A DNA stretch of 64,000 nucleotides from Synergistales bacterium (GTDB lineage: Bacteria; Synergistota; Synergistia; Synergistales; Aminobacteriaceae): positions 12,209 to 76,208 of the forward strand of contig DAIQNX010000007.1 of the NCBI GenBank assembly GCA_036788195.1, in the 5' to 3' direction. The notes under the pieces were generated by a model. The model made no database searches. It was given only the letters and a program-made list of their open reading frames with translations, and was not told the DNA's origin. The number at the start of each line of letters is the position of its first letter. The first letter of the stretch is position 1. This document shows, in pieces, positions 19,928-27,778 of this stretch. The translations under genes and the position numbers were made by a program.

Positions 19928-20778
19928 GCGACACGCTTCTGTCCGTCGAAAACCTGTCCGTCGCGCTTTCCCGCAGTCCTGAGGCGCGTCTCGTGCGTTC
20001 GGCGTCGCTTTCGGTCCGGCGCGGGCGCGTGACGGGGCTCGTGGGCGAGTCGGGGTGCGGCAAGAGCCTGACGTGCCTCTCGGTCCTCGGCCTTCTCCCG
20101 GAGGGGGTCGCCCTTACGGGCGGATCGATCGACCTCCTCGGAACGCGCATGGACCGCGCATCCGAGGAGGAGCTTCGCGACATCCGGGGGCGTACGGCGG
20201 CCTTCGTGCTCCAGAACCCTGCGAGCTGCTTCGACCCCCTCTTCACGATCCGCCGGCATTTCTCGGAGACGCTGTCGTCCCACGGGGTCGGCGACCGGAA
20301 GCGACAGCGCGAACTGGCGGCGGCGCGCCTCGTCGAGGTCGGATTCCCGTCTCCGGCCGGGATTCTGGACGCCTATCCGTTCCAGCTCTCGGGGGGCATG
20401 CTCCAGCGCGTGATGATCGCGATCGCGCTCCTCTTCGACCCGCCGCTTCTCGTCGCGGACGAGCCGACGACCGATCTCGACTCCGTGTCGCAGTCGCACG
20501 TCCTCGACCTGCTCCAGACCGTCCGAAAGCGGTACGGTATGTCCATTCTCCTCGTGACGCACGATCTGTCGGTCATCGACCGGATGGCCGACGACGTCTT
20601 CGTGATGCGGCACGGCGAGATCGTCGATTCGGGAACGAAGGAGGAGCTGTTCGAGCGAAGCCGTCAGCCCTACACGCGGCTTCTGGTCGAGGCGCACCGG
20701 AAACTCTGCGCCTCGTGCGACGGGACGAAAGAGGGAGAAACACATGCAGACGCTGCTGTCGCTGCAAAGGGTTCATAA
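19924..20778 (+). CDS. nikD: Nickel import ATP-binding protein NikD-like
   Basis: ATG at 19924 forms an ATGA overlap with the nikC stop. Walker A GESGCGKS, signature LSGGMLQRV and Walker B LLVADEPTTDLD are present. Confidence 0.82.
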   Translation: MSDTLLSVENLSVALSRSPEARLVRSASLSVRRGRVTGLVGESGCGKSLTCLSVLGLLPEGVALTGGSIDLLGTRMDRASEEELRDIRGRTAAFVLQNPASCFDPLFTIRRHFSETLSSHGVGDRKRQRELAAARLVEVGFPSPAGILDAYPFQLSGGMLQRVMIAIALLFDPPLLVADEPTTDLDSVSQSHVLDLLQTVRKRYGMSILLVTHDLSVIDRMADDVFVMRHGEIVDSGTKEELFERSRQPYTRLLVEAHRKLCASCDGTKEGETHADAAVAAKGS

Positions 20779-21547
20779 GTCGTACAGCCGCGGGGGCGTC
20801 TTCTCGCGCGGCGAACGGATCGACGTCCTGAAAGGCGTCGACCTGTCCCTTCCCGAGGGGGGCTCCGTCGGCCTGATCGGGCTGAGCGGGTCGGGCAAGA
20901 GCACGCTCTCGCGCGTCGCGCTCGGGATCGAGCGCCCCGACTCGGGAACCGTGTCGTACCTCGGGCGCGATATCCGGACGGGCGGCCGCGGCTGTTTCGC
21001 GGATTTCCGCCGGAACGTCCAGGTCGTCTTCCAGAACGTCCCGGCGTCGGTGAACCCGCGGATGACCGCCGCGCGGATCATCGCGGAGCCATTGTCGAAC
21101 TTCGAATCGCTGACGGACAAAGAGACGCGCGAGCGCGTCCTCGAACTCCTGTCCGACGTCGGACTCAAGGCGACCGACGCGGAGAAGCTCCCTCACGAAT
21201 TCAGCGGCGGCGAACTCCAGCGCGTGTGCATCGCGCGTGCGATCGCGGCGCGTCCGCGCCTGATCGTCTACGACGAGGCCGTCAGCAGCCTCGACATGCT
21301 CGTGCAGGCGCAGATCTTGTCGCTGATCGAGCGCCTTCGCGCGTCGCTCGGAACCGCGTCGCTCTTCATCTCGCACGACCTTCGCGTCGTCCGCTCGGTC
21401 TGCGACGACATCGCGATGCTTCACGAAGGCCGCATCGTCGAACGGCTTCCTGCCGGCCGACCGCTTTCGGCGTGGTCGCATCCGGCAGCCGTCGACATCG
21501 CGAGGGCCGCCGCGAGGAACCTGCGCCCGTCCTGGGCGGGAGCCTGA
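20744..21547 (+). CDS. nikE: Nickel import ATP-binding protein NikE-like
   Basis: 267 aa. Walker A GLSGSGKS, signature FSGGELQRVCIARA and Walker B LIVYDEAVSSLD are present. Overlaps nikD by 35 nt. Gene order A-B-C-D-E as in E. coli. Confidence 0.82.
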   Translation: MQTLLSLQRVHKSYSRGGVFSRGERIDVLKGVDLSLPEGGSVGLIGLSGSGKSTLSRVALGIERPDSGTVSYLGRDIRTGGRGCFADFRRNVQVVFQNVPASVNPRMTAARIIAEPLSNFESLTDKETRERVLELLSDVGLKATDAEKLPHEFSGGELQRVCIARAIAARPRLIVYDEAVSSLDMLVQAQILSLIERLRASLGTASLFISHDLRVVRSVCDDIAMLHEGRIVERLPAGRPLSAWSHPAAVDIARAAARNLRPSWAGA

Positions 21548-21601
21548 CGAGCGGATTCCCGGGAGGCCGTCAGCAGCCCGGACTCCCGGGAATCCGCTCG
21601 T
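21547..21601. terminator. 19-bp perfect inverted repeat at the convergent nikE / response-regulator gene ends
   Basis: ACGAGCGGATTCCCGGGAG (21547-21565) and CTCCCGGGAATCCGCTCGT (21583-21601) with a 17-nt loop. The left arm starts at the last base of the nikE stop. The right arm lies inside the last codons of the minus-strand regulator gene. Confidence 0.6.
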
Positions 21602-22004
21602 TCGTGAGGATCCAGTAAAGGCCGACGCGCTGGACGGCCTGGGTGAACTCGTCGAAGCTCACGGGCTTGCGGACGTAGCCGTTCGCGCCGAGATTGTAGC
21701 TCTCGACGATATCCCGCTCCTCGCTCGACGACGTGAAGACGACGACCGGAAGAAACCGCGTCCGCTCCTCCGAGCGGATGCGGCGGAGGACGTCGAGCCC
21801 GTCCACCTTGGGAAGCTTCAGATCCAGGAGGACGACGACTGGAAGTTCCCGGCTCCGCTCCGGCCCGAGCAGGCGGTCGATCGCCTGCGCCCCGTCCCGG
21901 ACGACCGTGATCCGGTTCGTGATGTTCGCCTTCCGGAGCGCCCGCACCGTGAGTTCCTCGTCGTCCGGATTGTCTTCCACAAGAAGGATTTCCCTGTCTT
22001 CCAC
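21570..22004 (-). CDS. Single-domain CheY-like response regulator
   Basis: 144 aa with a GTG start after GAGG. ILLVEDNPDD, phospho-acceptor region VVLLDLKLPKVDG, FTSS and YVRKP (conserved Lys) are present. No output domain. Confidence 0.9.
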   Translation of the reverse strand: MEDREILLVEDNPDDEELTVRALRKANITNRITVVRDGAQAIDRLLGPERSRELPVVVLLDLKLPKVDGLDVLRRIRSEERTRFLPVVVFTSSSEERDIVESYNLGANGYVRKPVSFDEFTQAVQRVGLYWILTNERIPGSPGC

Positions 22005-22011
22005 CGCCGCC

Positions 22012-24150
22012 TCACACTCCCTCTTCCGGCGCCGGCATCGTGAACGAGAAGGTCGCCCCCCCGTCGACGATTCCGTCCGCCCATATCCGTCCGCCGTGCC
22101 GCCGGACGATCCGCTGGACCGTCACGAGCCCGATTCCCGACCCGGGGAACTCGTCCGCGCGGTGCAACCGCTGAAACGGACCGAACAGCTTGTTCGCGTA
22201 CTCCATGTCGAATCCCGCGCCGTCGTCCTTCACGAAGCACTCCCACATGTCGTCGTTCCTCGCCGCGCCGAATTCGATCCGCGCGGACGGCTTTTTCCCC
22301 GTGAACTTCCACGCGTTGCGCAGGAGGTTATCCATGACGATCCGCGCGAGCCCCCGGTCCGCCATCACGGGGACGCTCTCCGGGACAACCGTTTCGACGC
22401 GGCGGTCCGACTCCGCCTCCCGAAGCTCCTTCAGGATCGCCCGCGCGAGTTCCGCGAGATCGACGCGCTCGGGGTGCAGCTCGGATCGCGAGATCCGGGA
22501 CAGCATCAGCAGGTCGTCGATCAGGCCGCCCATCCGGTCCGCCGCCGCGCAGATCCGGCCGACATACCCCCGGCACCGTTCGTCGAGCGCGTCGCCACAA
22601 TCCTCGGAAAGCGCCTGTCCGAACCCCGTCATGGCGCGGAGCGGCGCGCGTAGGTCGTGGGAAACGGAATAGGTGAACGCCTCCATCTCCGCCGTCGCCG
22701 TTTCGAGCTCCCTGGTCCGCTCGCGGACGCGCGACTCGAGATCGGCGTTCATCGTCCGGATGGTCTCCTCGGCGCGCTTGCGTTCGGTGACATCGCGGAT
22801 GATGGCCTGGAAGAAAGTCCTGCCGTCGACGACGATGGATCGCGCGCTGATCTCCACGGGGAAGACGGTTCCGTCCCTTTTCCGGTGAAGCGCTTCGCTG
22901 CGGTAGGCTCCTTCGCGACCGATCCTGCGGATCCTTTGCCGGAACTCCTCGAGATCTTCGGGGGCGACGAGGTCGGTCGTCCGGAGCCGGAGGATCTCGT
23001 CCCCCGAATAGCCGTACGCCTCGGACGCGCGTTCGTTCGCCTCGACGATCCGTTCGTCGCCGTCGACGAGAAGGATGATGTCGTTGGCATACCGCACGAG
23101 GTATTCGAAATGACGGAGCAGCGCGTCGCGCTCGCGCCGCGCCTCGGCTTCGGCGCGGTAGCGTTCCTTCTGCACGCGCTGCACGAAGAAACCGGACACG
23201 ACGAGGACGAGTGCCATGGAACCGAAAACGAGTGAAAAGATCAGCGCCGACTGCGTCCGGAAGCCTTCGAAAGCCTCCTCCTCGCTGATCTTTGCGATCA
23301 GGAACCACGACATCGACGGGATGGGTTCGATCACGGCAAACACCGGAACGCCGTTGTAATCCCGCCCGCGCGTGAAGCCCGTGTATCCGCGCATCGCCGC
23401 GACCGCCGGGACATCGGCCGTTTCGTCTCCGATGCGCACGCGGAGCGTCATTGCCGTGTTCCTGCGTTGGCGGAGTTCGTTGAGGGCCAGCACGAACTCT
23501 CCGTCTCTGCGGACGATCAGCGATTCGGCCGTTCGGCTCGGAACCGGCCAGGTCCGGATCATCGGGTAGAGGAACTCATCGGGGGAAATTTCGAGGTAGA
23601 CCGCCCCGATCGCGCGAGCGGAGGCGCTGCCGCGCCGGAACAGCGGCGTCGCTACGCCGCACGCGGCGCCGTGCCCGGGCGCCGTGTGGAGATCGACGAA
23701 AAACGGCGTCCGGAGCTCCATGGCCCGGAGCGCCGCCGAGTGGACCTCCGGGCAGACGGGCTTCGGATCGCCGGAGAGGTTCAGGATACGTTCACCATCA
23801 GCGTCGAGCAGAATGACATCGGAATACCCGTAATAGAGCCGAAAACGTCTCAGGATTCCACGGACGCTGTCGGCGTCGGCTGAGGGATCTTTCGAAAGCA
23901 GCCGTTCGACCTCGCGGACGAGAAAGGGGCTTTCCATGACGATCCCGCCGTCGCCGAGCCGCTCGCGCCGCCAGAGTCCGATCTGATCGACCTTGAGGCG
24001 CGCGACCGTCAGGAGTTCGTTCCGGACGTCCGCGAGCACTCTCCCCTCGCGGACGTGATGGAAGACGAGCCCTCCCGCGAGAATGAGTCCCTCGACGAGA
24101 AGGACGACGAAAACGAAGGAAAACGGAAAAATCCGTTCCGTCTTCGCCAT
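22012..24150 (-). CDS. Sensor histidine kinase (extracytoplasmic sensor domain, TM, PAS, HisKA, HATPase)
   Basis: Two TM segments flank a domain of about 260 aa. A PAS region precedes the H-box YSVSHDLRAPLRA and the N/G boxes LLRNAWKF, DDGAGFD, GSGIGL. I prefer the ATG at 24150 (MAKTERIF); the track ORF starts with TTG at 24180. Confidence 0.9.
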   Translation of the reverse strand: MAKTERIFPFSFVFVVLLVEGLILAGGLVFHHVREGRVLADVRNELLTVARLKVDQIGLWRRERLGDGGIVMESPFLVREVERLLSKDPSADADSVRGILRRFRLYYGYSDVILLDADGERILNLSGDPKPVCPEVHSAALRAMELRTPFFVDLHTAPGHGAACGVATPLFRRGSASARAIGAVYLEISPDEFLYPMIRTWPVPSRTAESLIVRRDGEFVLALNELRQRRNTAMTLRVRIGDETADVPAVAAMRGYTGFTRGRDYNGVPVFAVIEPIPSMSWFLIAKISEEEAFEGFRTQSALIFSLVFGSMALVLVVSGFFVQRVQKERYRAEAEARRERDALLRHFEYLVRYANDIILLVDGDERIVEANERASEAYGYSGDEILRLRTTDLVAPEDLEEFRQRIRRIGREGAYRSEALHRKRDGTVFPVEISARSIVVDGRTFFQAIIRDVTERKRAEETIRTMNADLESRVRERTRELETATAEMEAFTYSVSHDLRAPLRAMTGFGQALSEDCGDALDERCRGYVGRICAAADRMGGLIDDLLMLSRISRSELHPERVDLAELARAILKELREAESDRRVETVVPESVPVMADRGLARIVMDNLLRNAWKFTGKKPSARIEFGAARNDDMWECFVKDDGAGFDMEYANKLFGPFQRLHRADEFPGSGIGLVTVQRIVRRHGGRIWADGIVDGGATFSFTMPAPEEGV

Positions 24151-24189
24151 AGCCTCACGTCCGGCGCAGTCCGTCCTCAAAACGCGCCG

Positions 24190-26052
24190 TCATCGCTCCA
24201 CCGCCGGCGGAAAATCGAACCGGCCTTCCCGAAACAACGCGACGCACGCGTCGGCGACGCAGGCGTCGTAGAGAACGCCGCGTCTCGCCCCGATCTCCGC
24301 GAGCGCGGCGTCGAGGCCGAGCGCGCTCCTGTACGGACGATCGGAGGTCATGGCCTCAACGACGTCCGCCACGGCCAGTATCCGGGCCTCTTCGCAGATC
24401 GCGTCGCCGGTCAGCCCGTCGGGGTACCCCGAGCCGTCCATTCGCTCGTGGTGTTCCCTGACGATCCGGGCAAGCAGCGGCGGGAAACCGACCTCGCCGA
24501 TGATCCGGCCCCCCTCGGAGGCATGCCGCCGGACGAGATCCATCTCCTGCGGCGTCAGGGCGCCGGGCTTCCCGAGGATGTCCGGAGGAATCGAGATCAT
24601 GCCGATGTCGTGAAGCATCGCGGCCGCCCGGACGAGATCGGTCCGCTCGGGATCGTAACCGAGTTCCCGCGCGACGGCCTCGGCGAGCAGGGCCGCCCTC
24701 CTGTCGTGCCCGGTTTCCGGACACTCCAGGCGATCCAGGATCTTCGTCGTGAGCGCGATGGCGTCGTCCATGAGCTTTCGGACGCGGCTCTTCTGCATGT
24801 CGGACTCCGAGAGAAGATCTTCGATAATCCGGGTGCGTCGCTCGAGATCCTCATTCGCCCGCCGGAGCTTCTCCTCCGCCTCGTGAAAGTCCGTGACGTC
24901 GTGGGCGATCGAAAAGATCATCGTCGCGCCCTCCATTTCGACCGGGCCCGCGAAGACCTCCATCCACCGGGATGAGCCGTCCCTGAGGCGATGCGGCATG
25001 AGATACCTCCGCGGCCCCTGCGACGCTTCCAGAAGCCGTTGCCGTAACTCCTCCTCGACGGGCTCGGCGCTCAGGTCGCGTGTCCGGAGCTTCAGGAACT
25101 TCTCCCTCGGGTAACCGTAGAACTTCGTCGTCGCAGCGTTGCAATCGACGTATCGGCCGGTCTTCGGATCGACGATGTACATGACGGCGTGGGATTTGTG
25201 GAAGATGCTGCTGTATCGCCGCTCGCTCTCGCGCAGCGCGGTCTCCGTCTCGCTCTGCGCCGTGATGTCCCGCCCGACGAGTATGATCCCGGTCGGATCG
25301 CCGCCGGATGCCTCGTAGAGGTTCCGGACGGTCCATCGCATGTGGCGGCTCTTGCCGGATTTCGTTCGGATCGTCGAGATGAAATCTTCCGACGTTCCCT
25401 CCCCGCCGCCCAGGATCCTGAGACGCGACTCGACGGACGCCCGGTAGACCGGATCGGGATACAGCCACTCCCTGAATCCGGCCCCCTCCATGACGACTTC
25501 GCCTCGCGTGTATCCGCTGATGATCTCCGCCGCCCTGTTCCAGATGACGGGTTCGCGGTTTTCGTTGAGGACCTCGAACCAGATGTTCGCGTGATCGATG
25601 ACGCTTTCGAGGTACTGCTTCAGGCTTTCCTGTTCCTGTTCCGCGAGGATATGCTTCGTCACGTCGCTCAGGATCGTCGCGAAGTATCCGAGCGCGGGCG
25701 AAAAGACGGAGATATCGAGGTGCTTGCCGAGTTTCGGATAGTACGCGACGAAGCGCGTCGAATCCCGTTCGAGCGCGGCTCTCGCGTAGATCGACAGATA
25801 CGGGACGGGCGATCCGAAAAGCCCGCCTCCCCTTTTTCCGACGATTTCCTCGCGCGAGAGTCCGACGATGCGTTCGTAGGCGCGGTTGACGTCGAGAAAC
25901 TCGTAGTCCGCGGCCCTTCCGTTCTCCATGATGACCCTGTGGAGCGCAAGGCCTTCCGCCATATTCGTGAACAGGGATCCGGCGAGATCGTGGATCCGGG
26001 CCGGGGATGGCTTCATATCGCTTTCCGCGCGACTTTCGATTTTCCTCTCCAT
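24190..26052 (-). CDS. Multi-PAS / HD-GYP domain phosphodiesterase (cytoplasmic)
   Basis: ATG at 26052 lies 9 nt after GGAGG. About three PAS-like repeats are followed by HD-GYP motifs (HDIGMISIP, HHERMDGSGYP, ADVVEAMTSDRPYR). Confidence 0.9.
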   Translation of the reverse strand: MERKIESRAESDMKPSPARIHDLAGSLFTNMAEGLALHRVIMENGRAADYEFLDVNRAYERIVGLSREEIVGKRGGGLFGSPVPYLSIYARAALERDSTRFVAYYPKLGKHLDISVFSPALGYFATILSDVTKHILAEQEQESLKQYLESVIDHANIWFEVLNENREPVIWNRAAEIISGYTRGEVVMEGAGFREWLYPDPVYRASVESRLRILGGGEGTSEDFISTIRTKSGKSRHMRWTVRNLYEASGGDPTGIILVGRDITAQSETETALRESERRYSSIFHKSHAVMYIVDPKTGRYVDCNAATTKFYGYPREKFLKLRTRDLSAEPVEEELRQRLLEASQGPRRYLMPHRLRDGSSRWMEVFAGPVEMEGATMIFSIAHDVTDFHEAEEKLRRANEDLERRTRIIEDLLSESDMQKSRVRKLMDDAIALTTKILDRLECPETGHDRRAALLAEAVARELGYDPERTDLVRAAAMLHDIGMISIPPDILGKPGALTPQEMDLVRRHASEGGRIIGEVGFPPLLARIVREHHERMDGSGYPDGLTGDAICEEARILAVADVVEAMTSDRPYRSALGLDAALAEIGARRGVLYDACVADACVALFREGRFDFPPAVER

Positions 26053-26073
26053 GGTCTCAATCCTCCGCGACAC

Positions 26074-27603
26074 TCATTTGAAGGCTTCGCGAACGATGGC
26101 GTTTCCGTCCGTGTCCAGTGTGAAAGAGGAGAACGTTTCCACTTTCCTGATGATCATCGTCTGGTCGAAAATCCGGATCGTCACGTTCGGGTAGATCTTC
26201 TCCCGGATACGGACCTTCGGCAGCACGACGCCGTCCGCGAACGGCCGCCGCCGCACGAGCTCCTCCTCGGCCGCCTGAAGCTCCGAGAGCGTCTTCACGA
26301 GTTTCGTGTGGTGCTGCGCGAGAGCGAGAACCGTCTTCCGGTCGTCGACGGACATCAGATCCTGCTGGAATCCATGAGTCTTCGTCTTCATCGACGCGAG
26401 GGCGAGTTCCACGCGCCCTTTCAGTTCTTCCGACTCTTTCTTCCTGGCAACGATATCCCTGAGCCACTCCTGAACGAACGGATCGGAACCGGCCTGGAGC
26501 TGCGTCACCGGCTCGAGGACCGATCCCGCGCCGAACAGCTCGATGAGGTTCCTCGCCATGACCTGCCCTCCGACGACACCGCGCTGGTTCTTCCCGAGCA
26601 CGAAGACTGTATCCCGCGACTTGAGCGTCGCGAAAAGCGAATACCCCTGGACGTTGATATTCCCCGCCGCAATCACCGTTCCATACTCCACGAAACCGAC
26701 CGTGGCCCCCTTGTCCGCCCGGATTACCGACTGGTCGCCGATCACGCCGCCCCTGACGAGGCAGACGCCTCCGCAGAAGACCTTTGCGTTGAGGACGCTC
26801 CTCGCGATCTCGACGTTTCCCGTCGCCTTGATCCGGAAGCCTTGCTGGAGACTTCCGCTGACGACGACCGCGCCGGGAAAGTCGATATCTCCCGTGTGCA
26901 TCCCGACGTCTCCCTTTATATTCAGGACGGAGACGACGTCCAGAATTCTTCCGTCGAACGAAGGCTGTCCGTCGATTCGCGAAAGGACGCGCAGCGCGTC
27001 TCCTTCGGGGACGGCCTCGACGTTCGGACCGCAGGCGATCCCGAGATCCTTCGCGGGCGCAGCCGGAACCGGGGCGCCGAAGACATCCGTGCCGTCGCTC
27101 CCCGGAACCGGCAACGTGACGATCGCGATGGAATCGCCTTTCGCGACGACGGGGTTGCTCCACATATTCTTCCAGTCGATCGCCTGTTCCGTATTCGTAT
27201 CATAGGAACGCGTCCGCTCCATTCGACACAGGAAGTCGATCGAGGAGGGCGTCGGTGACGTCGGCGGCGTTCCGCGCAGGACGACCGCCTTTTCGTCGAC
27301 GATCGTTTCGCCGCTGTTGCAGCGTTCGACGAGCGACGTCGCAAGAGAGCGATCGACTTCGAGACGTTCCTGCTCGAGCGCGAGAAGAACTTCGGCCAGA
27401 TCGACGGAGGCTCCTCCCGAGACTGGAGGGTAGAGCTCCAGCCATGCCGTCATCCGGTCCCGGTCGACGCGGATCTTGTAGCTGCCGTCGCGCGGCACGG
27501 GATCCGGAGGTTCCTGAATCGTCACTCCTGAGAGAAGGCGTTCGACGTCTTTCACGAGTTTCTGCAGGTTCGCGAGTTTCAGATCTTCGGTCGTCGGTTT
27601 CAT
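26074..27603 (-). CDS. FapA / DUF342-family protein (N-terminal FapA_N-like domain, beta-solenoid, C-terminal coiled coil)
   Basis: KIRVDRDRMTAWLELYPPVSGG resembles the DUF342 N-domain. The repetitive G-x-V/I beta-helix stretch (GDIDFPGAVVVSGSLQQGFRIKATGNVEIARSV...GNINVQGY...) and the terminal coiled coil fit the family. I prefer the ATG at 27603; the track ORF begins with TTG at 27666. Confidence 0.75.
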   Translation of the reverse strand: MKPTTEDLKLANLQKLVKDVERLLSGVTIQEPPDPVPRDGSYKIRVDRDRMTAWLELYPPVSGGASVDLAEVLLALEQERLEVDRSLATSLVERCNSGETIVDEKAVVLRGTPPTSPTPSSIDFLCRMERTRSYDTNTEQAIDWKNMWSNPVVAKGDSIAIVTLPVPGSDGTDVFGAPVPAAPAKDLGIACGPNVEAVPEGDALRVLSRIDGQPSFDGRILDVVSVLNIKGDVGMHTGDIDFPGAVVVSGSLQQGFRIKATGNVEIARSVLNAKVFCGGVCLVRGGVIGDQSVIRADKGATVGFVEYGTVIAAGNINVQGYSLFATLKSRDTVFVLGKNQRGVVGGQVMARNLIELFGAGSVLEPVTQLQAGSDPFVQEWLRDIVARKKESEELKGRVELALASMKTKTHGFQQDLMSVDDRKTVLALAQHHTKLVKTLSELQAAEEELVRRRPFADGVVLPKVRIREKIYPNVTIRIFDQTMIIRKVETFSSFTLDTDGNAIVREAFK

Positions 27604-27671
27604 CCCCTTTTTCGGAGGATCCGGCTGCGGTGACACGCGAAAAAACGCGAAAGACTCTACACGCAAATGGG

Positions 27672-27701
27672 ATTTTACTGTATTGTTATACCATACTCGA
27701 A
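27672..27701 (-). promoter_or_regulatory. Candidate sigma70-like promoter for the FapA-led operon
   Basis: On the minus strand: TTCGAG (27701-27696), 18-nt spacer, TAAAAT (27677-27672). It lies in the AT-rich divergent intergenic region 27604-27778. If used, it excludes the TTG start at 27666. Confidence 0.3.
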
Positions 27702-27778
27702 CGTAGAAAACATATTACCGTGGTCCACAGGCGCACTTCCGAACGATGCTCCGCCCGGGAAACGAGGTGAGTGACGGG

